From positions 2,688,001-2,752,000 of the forward strand of contig CAWJMB010000002.1 of assembly GCA_963843845.1 (NCBI GenBank): a DNA stretch of 64,000 bases. The letters run 5' to 3'. Within the stretch, counting starts at the first letter, position 1, and every line of letters begins with the position of its first letter. The notes beneath the pieces were generated by a model. That model was given only the letters and a program-made list of their open reading frames with translations, made no database searches and had not been told where the DNA came from. This stretch comes from an uncultured Gemmatimonadaceae bacterium (lineage in GTDB: Bacteria; Gemmatimonadota; Gemmatimonadetes; Gemmatimonadales; Gemmatimonadaceae). A program made the translations under genes and the position numbers. Shown in pieces: positions 33,321 through 41,500 of the stretch.

Positions 33321-34649
33321 GTGGAGACAGGCGAGGCGTTGACGCTCGGCGGCATCGCGCTGCGGCTGGGGTTCGTGCTGCTGCTCGTCGCGCTGAACGC
33401 GTTCTTCGTCGCCGCCGAGTTCGCCCTCGTGAGCGCTCGCCGCAGCCGCATCGACCAGCTGGCCGAGCAGGGGAGCGGCTCGGCGAAGCTCGTGCAGCGG
33501 ATCCTCGACCGGCTCGACATCTACATCTCGTCGGCGCAGCTCGGCATCACGCTCGCGTCGCTCGGGCTCGGCTGGATCGGGGAGGCGACGTTCGCGGTGC
33601 TCTTCGACCGCGCGTTCACGGCGGTCGGATTCCCCCCGCCCGCCGCCGCGTCGCACGGCATCGCGTCGGTCGTCGTCGCGTACATCGTGCTGACGATGCT
33701 CCACATCACGCTCGGCGAGCAGACGCCGAAGTCGTTCGCGATCGTGTCGGCGGAGCGGCTCGCGCTGTGGACGGCGCGACCCCTCGTGCTGTTCACGCAG
33801 CTCATGAAGCCGTTCATCTGGGTGCTGAACGCGATGAACAACGCGCTGCTCGGGCTGTTCGGGATCCCGGCGGTGACGGAGAAGAATCACGCTACGTCGC
33901 CCGAAGAGCTGCGGCTGCTCATCGTCCAGGCGCGCGCGCACGGCACGCTCGACGAGAGCGACTCGGCGATGCTCGCCGGCGTGTTCGACTTCCACGACAA
34001 GAAGGCCTACGACGTCATGCGCCCGCGCACCGAAGTGTCGGGGCTGGACGAGGAGGCGACGGAAGAGGAGGTGCGCGAAGTGCTCCGCACGGAGCGCTAT
34101 TCGCGCTATCCGATCTACCGCGACTCGCTCGACGACGTCGTCGGCGTCTTCCTCGCGAAAGACTACTGGCTGCGCGACGACGACCGTCCGTTCAACCTGC
34201 GCGACTACATCCGCGAGCCGCTGTACGTACCGTCGACGCGCGCGGCGGAGCGCGTGCTCGAGGACCTGCGGAAGACGCGCGCGCACCTCGCCGTGGTGCT
34301 CGACGAGTACGGCGGCACGGCGGGGATCGTGACGATCGAAGACCTCGTCGAGGAGGTGGTCGGCGACATCAGCGACGAGTACGACCAGCGCGAGCGCGAC
34401 GCCTTCGAACTCGACGGCGTGCTCGAGCTGGCGGGCGCCCTGTCGCTCGTCGACGTACGATCGGACTACCACCTGCCGGTTCCCGACGGCGACTGGACGA
34501 CGCTGGGCGGCTACGTCTTCAGCACGCTCGGCCGGCTGCCGAAGATCGGCGACCGCGTTCCGTTTCCCGGCGGCGAGCTCGAGGTCGTCGCGATGGACGG
34601 GCGGCGCGTCGCGGCCGTCCGCGTGCACCGCGAGACGGCCAGTGCCTGA
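33321..34649 (+). CDS. Hemolysin-family HlyC/CorC (CNNM, CBS pair, CorC) transporter
   Basis: LNAFFVAAEFALVS, QLGITLASLGLGWIGE, GEQTPK, VMRPR, YSRYPIY, DEYGGTAGIVTIEDLVEEVVGDI, TTLGGY. Confidence 0.93.
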   Translation: METGEALTLGGIALRLGFVLLLVALNAFFVAAEFALVSARRSRIDQLAEQGSGSAKLVQRILDRLDIYISSAQLGITLASLGLGWIGEATFAVLFDRAFTAVGFPPPAAASHGIASVVVAYIVLTMLHITLGEQTPKSFAIVSAERLALWTARPLVLFTQLMKPFIWVLNAMNNALLGLFGIPAVTEKNHATSPEELRLLIVQARAHGTLDESDSAMLAGVFDFHDKKAYDVMRPRTEVSGLDEEATEEEVREVLRTERYSRYPIYRDSLDDVVGVFLAKDYWLRDDDRPFNLRDYIREPLYVPSTRAAERVLEDLRKTRAHLAVVLDEYGGTAGIVTIEDLVEEVVGDISDEYDQRERDAFELDGVLELAGALSLVDVRSDYHLPVPDGDWTTLGGYVFSTLGRLPKIGDRVPFPGGELEVVAMDGRRVAAVRVHRETASA

Positions 34650-35508
34650 GGCGCTGTCCAGCCGCGCATCACGCGCGCTGGTCCTCGCCTTCGGCGCGCT
34701 CGGCGCGATCGGCGCGCTCGCGACGATCGGCACGCTCGGCGCGTGCACGCGCCCCGAGTCGCGCCCCGCGGCGGCTGCGACGGCGTCGCCCGCGGCGGCG
34801 CCCGACGGCACCGCGAACGACACGATCGTCGCGCGCGCCCCCGCCGGTGCCCCGGCCGCGCAGTTCCCCGCCCCGACGCGGCCGGTCTCAGCGATCGTCT
34901 CGCCGCGGTGGTCGGGCGAAGACGAACGCGACGACGCGGGCGAGGCGGCACGCGTGCTCGACGCGGGAGGCGTGAAGGCGGGCGAGACGGTCGCCGACAT
35001 CGGCGCGGGCGACGGCTACTACGCCCTGCGCGCCGCGACGCGCGTCGGCCCCACGGGCCGCGTGTTCGCCGAGGACATCGTCGAGCGATACCTCGAGCTG
35101 CTGCACGACCGCCTGCGCGAGGCGCCGACCACGAACGTCGTCCTCGCGCTCGGAGAGCCGCACGACCCGCGGCTGCCGGCGCGCTCGGTCGACGTCGCGC
35201 TCCTCGTGCACATGTATCACGAGATCACGCAGCCGTTCGGGCTGCTCTACAACCTGGCCGGCGCGATGCGCTCGGGCGGACGCGTCGTCATCGTCGACCA
35301 GGACGGGCCGACGAGCGCGCACGGCACGCCGATCCGGCTACTCCGCTGTGAGATGGAGTCGATGGGCTACCGGTGGAGTCGCACCGACGTGCTCGCCGAC
35401 GGCGCGTACGTCGCGCTGTTCACGGCGCCGCCGTCCGACTCGCTCACGCCCCCCGCCCGCGTCGCCGGCGCGCTCGCCGCGCGAGGGTGCTCGACGCTCG
35501 CGCGCTGA
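34642..35508 (+). CDS. Class I SAM-dependent methyltransferase with lipoprotein signal
   Basis: LGAC lipobox; VADIGAGDGYY, VFAEDI, SVDVALLVHMYHEI, GGRVVIVD. Confidence 0.85.
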   Translation: MPEALSSRASRALVLAFGALGAIGALATIGTLGACTRPESRPAAAATASPAAAPDGTANDTIVARAPAGAPAAQFPAPTRPVSAIVSPRWSGEDERDDAGEAARVLDAGGVKAGETVADIGAGDGYYALRAATRVGPTGRVFAEDIVERYLELLHDRLREAPTTNVVLALGEPHDPRLPARSVDVALLVHMYHEITQPFGLLYNLAGAMRSGGRVVIVDQDGPTSAHGTPIRLLRCEMESMGYRWSRTDVLADGAYVALFTAPPSDSLTPPARVAGALAARGCSTLAR

Positions 35509-35521
35509 CGCACGATCGGCG

Positions 35522-35989
35522 ATGAGTGATCCGACGCACGCCGCCGCCCCGCCGGCCGATCCCGCGTCCGACGCGCTCGGCGTCACCCCCACGATCGCGA
35601 TCCCGCGCGGCGAGCTGGAGATCCGCGCGAGTCGGGCGGGGGGACCGGGCGGCCAGCACGTGAACACGTCGAGCACGCGCATCGAGCTGCGGTGGAACGT
35701 GCGCCGCACGCGCGCCCTCGACGACGCGCAGCGCGACCGCGTCCTCGCGCAGCTCGCGGCGCGGCTCGACACCGACGGCGGCGTGCGCGTCGTCGCGAGC
35801 GAGTTCCGCAGTCAGCGGCAGAACCGCGAGGCGGCGGAAGCGCGGCTCGTGGCGCTCGTGCGGCAGTCGCTGCACGTGCCGAAGGCGCGCAAGGCGACGA
35901 AGCCGTCGCGCGCGGCCAAGGCGAAACGGCTCGACGAGAAGCGGCGCCAGTCCCAGAAGAAGGGCCAGCGCCGTTGGCAGGGCGAGTGA
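35522..35989 (+). CDS. arfB: Alternative ribosome rescue peptidyl-tRNA hydrolase
   Basis: RAGGPGGQHVNTSSTRIEL, RSQRQNRE, basic tail RKATKPSRAAKAKRLDEKR. Confidence 0.95.
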   Translation: MSDPTHAAAPPADPASDALGVTPTIAIPRGELEIRASRAGGPGGQHVNTSSTRIELRWNVRRTRALDDAQRDRVLAQLAARLDTDGGVRVVASEFRSQRQNREAAEARLVALVRQSLHVPKARKATKPSRAAKAKRLDEKRRQSQKKGQRRWQGE

Positions 35990-36018
35990 CGGCGAGCGCG
36001 CGGGCCGCCGCTCGCCGT
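35989..36018. terminator. GC hairpin between convergent arfB and OMP genes
   Basis: ACGGCGAGCG / CGCTCGCCGT perfect 10-bp stem; no U tract. Confidence 0.5.
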
Positions 36019-36054
36019 TGGCGCTGGCGCTGGCGCTGGCGCTGGCGCTGGCGC
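36019..36054. repeat. Hexamer microsatellite (TGGCGC)6
   Basis: Six exact copies, intergenic. Confidence 0.9.
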
Positions 36055-36080
36055 AGTGCATCGCGCCGGGCGCTGAACCG

Positions 36081-36833
36081 TCAGCGCGCCCCGATCGACA
36101 CTCCGATGTGGTACGTCCACAGATTCGCCGTGCTCGTGACCGGATTCAGCACGATGTCGCCGTTCGGGAGGTCCTGGATGTCGCCCTTCCGCAGGTACTG
36201 CACGCGCCCGTTGGAGTTGTAGCGCGCGCCGACGTCGAGGAAGAAGAGCGTGCGCGCGTTGCCGGCGACGCGGATCAGCGTGCCGAGCCCACCGCCGTAG
36301 GAGAGCGTGCCGTCGCGGAGGTTGGTCGTGCGGAACAGCGGCTCGTCGTCGTCGCTCCGCGAGCTCTGCAGCGACGACTCGGTCTGGAAGCTCGTGTAGC
36401 CGACGCTGCCGTTCACGTAGGGGCGGACCGCGCCGCGTGGCGCCATCAGCTGCGGGCCGACGCCGAGCCAGTAGATGTTGTTCGACGTCGTCAGGTCGGC
36501 CGTGATGCGTCCGCCGACGGTCGGGCTGAGCAGCACGCGCGCGCGCTCGCGGCCGTACTGCACGAAGTTGCCGTCGAGCCGCACGGCGAATGCGCCCGAG
36601 CCGCCGAGCCGCGCGAGCCCGTGCAGGCCGACGCCGACGCCGCCGCGCACGTAGTCGCCGAACTCGCCGACCGGCTGCGCGACGGTGACGCCGCCGCCAC
36701 CCATGAGGCGCGGCTCGCCGCGTCGCGTCGCCGCCCCGTAGGTCTGCGCGGCGACCAGCGCCGGCGCGGCGAAGGCGAGGAGCGTCGCGGCCAGCACGGG
36801 GTGTCGCCCCGATCGATCGGAGATGCGGAACAT
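36081..36833 (-). CDS. Secreted outer-membrane beta-barrel protein
   Basis: Signal peptide (ALVAA-Q); strands LGVGPQL, VRPYVNGSVG, FFLDVGARY, WTYHIGVSIG. Confidence 0.72.
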   Translation of the reverse strand: MFRISDRSGRHPVLAATLLAFAAPALVAAQTYGAATRRGEPRLMGGGGVTVAQPVGEFGDYVRGGVGVGLHGLARLGGSGAFAVRLDGNFVQYGRERARVLLSPTVGGRITADLTTSNNIYWLGVGPQLMAPRGAVRPYVNGSVGYTSFQTESSLQSSRSDDDEPLFRTTNLRDGTLSYGGGLGTLIRVAGNARTLFFLDVGARYNSNGRVQYLRKGDIQDLPNGDIVLNPVTSTANLWTYHIGVSIGAR

Positions 36834-36868
36834 GACTCGGTCTCGAAGGAGTGTGTCGGTGCCGACCG

Positions 36869-36895
36869 TACGCCGCCGCCGCACGCCGCGTTTCA
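36869..36895 (-). promoter_or_regulatory. ECF sigma-type promoter TGAAAC-N17-CGTA
   Basis: Minus strand TGAAAC (36895-36890) and CGTA (36872-36869), 35 nt upstream of the OMP ATG; resembles the SigW-type consensus. Confidence 0.55.
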
Positions 36896-36941
36896 CGGCC
36901 GCGGCCTTGCGACGACCCGCGGGATCGGCCAGCGTGCGCGC

Positions 36942-38525
36942 ATGACCGAGAACCTGCTCGCGCGCCACCCGCTCGAGGCCGTCCGACTCGTCGCGCTGGA
37001 GTGGCTCGGCGACGCGATCGCCGCACGCGCGCGCCTCGCGGACACGAGCGACGGCGAGGCGCTGCACGACTTCCGCGTCGCGATCCGGCGGCTGCGCAGC
37101 ACCGAGCGCGCGTTCCGCGACGCGCTGGCGGACAGTGTCTCGACGAAGGACCGGCGACGGTTGCGGCGCGTCGCGTCGGCGACGAGCGTCGGGCGCGACG
37201 CCGAAGTGCAGATCGAGTGGGTCGACGCCCAGCGCGCGTCGCTCTACTCGCGCCACCGCCCCGGCGCGCTCTGGTTTCGCGAGCGGCTGCGCGCGCGCAA
37301 GGCCGCGGCCGACGGCCGGCTGCACGACGAGATCGCCGGCGACTTCGATCGCGTCGCGGCGGCGCTGCGCACGGCGCTGCCGCAGTACACGCTGACCCAC
37401 ACCGTCGGCGACGCCAGCGCGCCGCCGCGCTTCGCCGACGCGCTCGCCACCCGCGTGCGGGCCGCCGCGATCGAGCTCGCGGCGCGACTCGGCGTCGTCA
37501 CCGGGCCGGGGGCGGTCGACGAAGCGCACGAAGCGCGCATCGCGGCGAAGCGACTGCGCTACCTGCTGGAGCCGGTGGCCCGCGAGCCCGGCGTGACCGA
37601 AGTCGTCAAGTCGATCAAGGCGCTGCAGGAATCGTTGGGCGAGCTGCACGACCTCGATGTGGTCGCGGTCGAGCTGACCGACGCGCTGGCGGCGCTCGAC
37701 GCCGAACAGTCGTCCGCCGCCGACGACACCGCGGCGGAGCGCGACGCGTCCGAGGCGTCGACTGCGACGAGCGCCGACGACGACCCGCACGACGCGACGC
37801 CGGCGCCCGACGAGTCCGCGGCGCCGGACCGGGCGGCACCGCCCCGGTCAGCGCGCGACCCGCGTCCCGGCCTCCTCTCGCTCGCTCGGCGCGGTCGCAC
37901 CCGGCGCGAGGCGCTGTACCACGAGATCGCCGGACGCTGGTTCGCTGGCGCCGCGGCGCCGTTCTTCGCGCGCGTCGAGCGGGTCGCACAGTCGTTCGCC
38001 GCGCCAGTCGGCGGGCCGTCGTACGGGCCGACCGATGGCATCCCGCGCGAGATCGAGCGCAAGTACCTGCTGCGCGGACTGCCGCCGCGAGCGCGCGAGG
38101 TCGAGCCGCTCGACGTCGCGCAGGGGTGGATCCCCGGCGAGACGCTGCGCGAGCGCGTGCGCCGAGTCCGCGACGCGAGCGGCGACCACTTCTACCGCAC
38201 CGTGAAGCTCGGCCGCGGGCTCTCGCGCATCGAGCTCGACGAAGAGACGACGGCGGAGATCTGGAGCACGCTCTGGCCCCTCACGACGGCTCGGCGCATC
38301 ACGAAGCGTCGCTACCGGATTCCCGTCGGCGAGTTGACCTGGGAGATCGACGCGTTCGACGAGACGCGCGACGGCCCCGACCTGGTGATCGCCGAAGTCG
38401 AGCTGCCGGACGAGCAGACGTCGGTCGAGATCCCCGAGTGGCTCGCGCCGTACGTCGTGCGCGACGTGACCGACGAGTCCGGGTACACGAACTATCAGCT
38501 CGCTGGAGCGACGGCCGATGGCTGA
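36942..38525 (+). CDS. CHAD domain fused to C-terminal CYTH domain
   Basis: EALHDFRVAIRRLRS, HEARIAAKRLRYLLE, LQESLGELHDLDV; then REIERKYLL, QGWI, ITKRRY, WEIDAF, AEVEL, YTNYQLA. Confidence 0.9.
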   Translation: MTENLLARHPLEAVRLVALEWLGDAIAARARLADTSDGEALHDFRVAIRRLRSTERAFRDALADSVSTKDRRRLRRVASATSVGRDAEVQIEWVDAQRASLYSRHRPGALWFRERLRARKAAADGRLHDEIAGDFDRVAAALRTALPQYTLTHTVGDASAPPRFADALATRVRAAAIELAARLGVVTGPGAVDEAHEARIAAKRLRYLLEPVAREPGVTEVVKSIKALQESLGELHDLDVVAVELTDALAALDAEQSSAADDTAAERDASEASTATSADDDPHDATPAPDESAAPDRAAPPRSARDPRPGLLSLARRGRTRREALYHEIAGRWFAGAAAPFFARVERVAQSFAAPVGGPSYGPTDGIPREIERKYLLRGLPPRAREVEPLDVAQGWIPGETLRERVRRVRDASGDHFYRTVKLGRGLSRIELDEETTAEIWSTLWPLTTARRITKRRYRIPVGELTWEIDAFDETRDGPDLVIAEVELPDEQTSVEIPEWLAPYVVRDVTDESGYTNYQLAGATADG

Positions 38526-38907
38526 CGACGCGGATCGCGTGCGGATCGACAAGTGGCTCTGGGCGGCGCGCTTCTTCAAGACGCGCTCGCTCGCGACCGA
38601 CGCCGTCGAGGGGGGCAAGGTCGACGTGAACGGCGCGCGCGTGAAGCCGTCGAAGCTCGTCGGACCGGGCGACGAGGTGCGCGTGCGCGTCGGGGCGCAG
38701 CTGTTCGTCGTACACGTGAAGGACACGCGCGAGCGCCGCGGCTCGGCGACCGTCGCGCGCGAGCTGTACGACGAGACGCCGGAGAGCGTGGCCGCGCGCG
38801 CGCGCGAGGCCGAACAGCACCGGCTCGCGGCGCAATCGTTCGACTTCGACGACGGCCGGCCGAACAAGAAGGACCGGCGCGACATCCAGCGACTCCGGGG
38901 GCGTTAG
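38518..38907 (+). CDS. hslR: S4-domain ribosome-associated heat shock protein Hsp15
   Basis: VRIDKWLWAARFFKTRSLA, GRPNKKDRR. Confidence 0.92.
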   Translation: MADDADRVRIDKWLWAARFFKTRSLATDAVEGGKVDVNGARVKPSKLVGPGDEVRVRVGAQLFVVHVKDTRERRGSATVARELYDETPESVAARAREAEQHRLAAQSFDFDDGRPNKKDRRDIQRLRGR

Positions 38908-39605
38908 GCGCCTCGACGGGCCGCGCCCCGGTCGCCCAAGACGGCGGCCAGCGTGCCGGCGTCCACCCGGTGCGCGCCGTCGAATCGGACGACGTCGAGC
39001 CGGACACCCGACGTCGTCAGTCGTGCCTCGAGCTCGGCGAACCGCTCGGGCGTCACGAACGGGTCCGAGCGTCCCGCCACGAGCGTCACGCGCGTCGCGC
39101 GGAGCCACGCCGCGTCGAGGTCGAGATCGGGCGGCGTGTCGCCGGCCCAGAGCACGAGCCGCCGCGCGGGCGCCGCGCCCGACGCGGCACGCGCGGCGAG
39201 CCACCGGCACGCCGTCGCGGTTCCCTGCGAGAACGCGAGCACGTGGAGCGGCACGTGCTCCGCGGCGCGCGTGTCGTACGCCGCCCGGACCGCGAGATCG
39301 AGCCACCGCACGTAGTCGGCGATCTCGGCCTCGCGGTCCTCGCGGGTCATCCACGTGGCGCCGACGCGAGGCCCGTGCGCCCCGGCGTTCCCCTCGCGCG
39401 ACTCGAGATAGAACCGCGACAGCGCCTCCGGCGCGACGATGAGCCGTTCGGCGAGGTGCGGCGCGAAGTGTCGAACGAAGTGCGACGCGAGCTGTCCGTA
39501 GCCGTGGATCGCGACCCACAGCTCGCGCGCCGTCGCCGCGTCGCCGAGCGCGTAGAGGCGCGCGGTGCGCGGCACGGTGACGTGCAGCACGCGCGCCTCG
39601 CTCAC
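38904..39605 (-). CDS. Alpha/beta hydrolase (phospholipase/carboxylesterase family)
   Basis: HGYGQ, AFSQG nucleophile elbow, D(PF), FDGAH. Confidence 0.85.
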   Translation of the reverse strand: MSEARVLHVTVPRTARLYALGDAATARELWVAIHGYGQLASHFVRHFAPHLAERLIVAPEALSRFYLESREGNAGAHGPRVGATWMTREDREAEIADYVRWLDLAVRAAYDTRAAEHVPLHVLAFSQGTATACRWLAARAASGAAPARRLVLWAGDTPPDLDLDAAWLRATRVTLVAGRSDPFVTPERFAELEARLTTSGVRLDVVRFDGAHRVDAGTLAAVLGDRGAARRGA

Positions 39606-40033
39606 GGCGCGGGCGACTCGCGCGGCACGTACGCGACGGCGCTGATCTCGACGAGGATCCCGCGCAGCGACACGCCGACCGTCGCACGCGACGGGTACGG
39701 CGGGGCCAACGCCGCGCGGTACGCCGCATCGAACGCCGCCCAGTCGTCGACGTTCGTCAGGTACGCGGTCACCGAGACGAGGTCGGCGAGCGACGCGCCC
39801 GACGCGGCCAGTACGCCCTCGACGTTGCGCAGCACCTGCTGCGTCTGCTCGGTCACGTCGGCGCCGACCAGATCACCGGTGCGCGGGTCACGCGGGACCT
39901 GACCCGAGACGAACAGCAGATCGCCTGCGCGCACGCCAGGCGAGTACGCGCCCGCCGGCGGCGGCGCGTCGGGCAACATGATCGGCGTCCAGGGGCGTGC
40001 GGCGGGTTGCTCAGGAGTCGACGCGGATGTCAT
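39602..40033 (-). CDS. RidA/YjgF family imine deaminase
   Basis: AGAYSPGV, LFVSGQVP, QTQQVLRN, PSRATVGV, VEISAVA; GGAGG RBS. Confidence 0.92.
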   Translation of the reverse strand: MTSASTPEQPAARPWTPIMLPDAPPPAGAYSPGVRAGDLLFVSGQVPRDPRTGDLVGADVTEQTQQVLRNVEGVLAASGASLADLVSVTAYLTNVDDWAAFDAAYRAALAPPYPSRATVGVSLRGILVEISAVAYVPRESPAP

Positions 40034-40097
40034 GTATCCTCCAGGTGCGATGGGTGGTGTGGCGTCGCGTTCACTTCTCTCTCGTTCGGATCGGTCG

Positions 40098-41225
40098 GTG
40101 CCCCAATACATCGAGCAGCTCGAGACGCCCGCCGCGGTCGTCGACCTCGACGTCCTCGCCGGCAACCTCGACCGCATGGCGGCGTATGCCGCCTTGCACG
40201 GGCTGCACCTCCGTCCCCACGTGAAGACGCACAAGGCGCCGCGCATCGCCGCCGAGCAACTGCGGCTGGGCGCCGTGGGGCTCACGTGCGCGACGGTGCG
40301 CGAGGCCGAAGTCATGGCCGAGCTGTCGAGCGACCTGTTCGTCGCGTACCCCGTCATCGGCGCGACGAAGCTGCGCCGCCTGATGGCAGTCGCCGGACGC
40401 GCGCGTGTGCGCGTCGCGCTCGACTCGGCGCGCACGGCGGTGCAGCTCGCCGCGGCCGCCGACGAGGTGCAGTGCGACGTCGGCGTGCTGATCGAGCTCG
40501 ACCTCGGGATGCACCGCGTCGGGGTCCAGACACCCGAGGCGGCCGTCGAGCTGGCGCGCTTCGTCGCCGACCGCGCGCCGCTGCGCTACGAAGGGGTCAC
40601 GTTCTATCCCGGGCACGTGCGGCAAGCTATCGGCGAGCAGGGCGACGCGCTGAGCGAGGTCGCGCGTGCGCTCGGCGACACGCTCGACGCGCTGGACGCT
40701 GCCGGGCTTCGGGCGCGCGTCGTGAGCGGGGGCTCGACGCCAACCGCGTGGCGGATGCACGAGGTGCCGCGCGTCACGGAGGTGCGACCCGGGACGTACG
40801 TCTACAACGACCGCACCACGGCATCCCTCGGCGCGTGCGAGTGGGACGAGTGCGCGCTCACCGTCGTCGCGACCGTCGTGAGCACGGCGGTGCCCGGCCA
40901 GGCCGTGATCGACGCCGGCGCGAAAGCGTTAGGCCGCGAGCCGCTCGACGCGACGCGCGGATCGGCGGCGCCTGGCTTCGCCGCGCTGCTCGACCGGCCG
41001 GAGGTGGTGGTGACGCGGATGTCGGAGGAGCACGGCATTCTCGACCTCGCCCGCACCGATTGGCGGCCCAAGGTCGGCGAGGTCGTCCGCCTCGTGCCGA
41101 ACCACGTCTGCATCGTGGTGCATCTGAACGACCTGGTGTACGGCGTGCGGAACGGGATCGTGGAGACGCGGTGGGCGGTGGCGGCGAGGGGGCGGGAGGT
41201 GCCCGAGATGATCCCGGCGTGGTAG
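40098..41225 (+). CDS. Fold-type III PLP enzyme, D-threonine aldolase/D-serine dehydratase (DSD1) family
   Basis: ETPAAVVDLD, LRPHVKTHK, SGGSTPT, EVRPGTYVYND, SEEHG, VPNHVC. Confidence 0.9.
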   Translation: MPQYIEQLETPAAVVDLDVLAGNLDRMAAYAALHGLHLRPHVKTHKAPRIAAEQLRLGAVGLTCATVREAEVMAELSSDLFVAYPVIGATKLRRLMAVAGRARVRVALDSARTAVQLAAAADEVQCDVGVLIELDLGMHRVGVQTPEAAVELARFVADRAPLRYEGVTFYPGHVRQAIGEQGDALSEVARALGDTLDALDAAGLRARVVSGGSTPTAWRMHEVPRVTEVRPGTYVYNDRTTASLGACEWDECALTVVATVVSTAVPGQAVIDAGAKALGREPLDATRGSAAPGFAALLDRPEVVVTRMSEEHGILDLARTDWRPKVGEVVRLVPNHVCIVVHLNDLVYGVRNGIVETRWAVAARGREVPEMIPAW

Positions 41226-41321
41226 CACGGGCCCGGGCCGCTCACGGCGGGGTCCGTCCGGCGGGGGCGATCATGCGGTGACGGGACGGCGGAGCAGCGC
41301 TGGCGAGACGGCGCCGGCGGC

Positions 41322-41377
41322 GAAGCGCTGGCGGTGAAGCGCTGGCGGTGAAGCGCTGGCGATGAAGCGCTGGCGGT
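41322..41377. repeat. 14-bp tandem repeat GAAGCGCTGGCGGT x4
   Basis: Three exact copies and one with a G>A change, intergenic upstream of dinB. Confidence 0.9.
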
Positions 41378-41481
41378 TCACCGCCGGCGCCAGTACGCCG
41401 TCCCGTCACCGCCACACTGACCCCGTCGTAGCGACCCCGCCGTCAATGGCCGCAGCGCCGTCATCGGACCGGCGCTCTGTC

Positions 41482-41498
41482 GTTCGGACTACATTCGG
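41482..41498 (+). promoter_or_regulatory. Candidate DNA-damage operator GTTCGG-N5-ATTCGG overlapping -10 (TACATT) of dinB
   Basis: GTTCGGactacATTCGG ends 2 nt before the dinB ATG; same pattern at 53797-53813. Confidence 0.6.
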
Positions 41499-41500
41499 GC

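Noticed and set aside
31734..35000. Apparent 971-aa and 1044-aa overlapping proteins
   Set aside because: Stop-free extensions of the divergent CNNM and kinase genes; real starts are near 33321 and 33284 or later.
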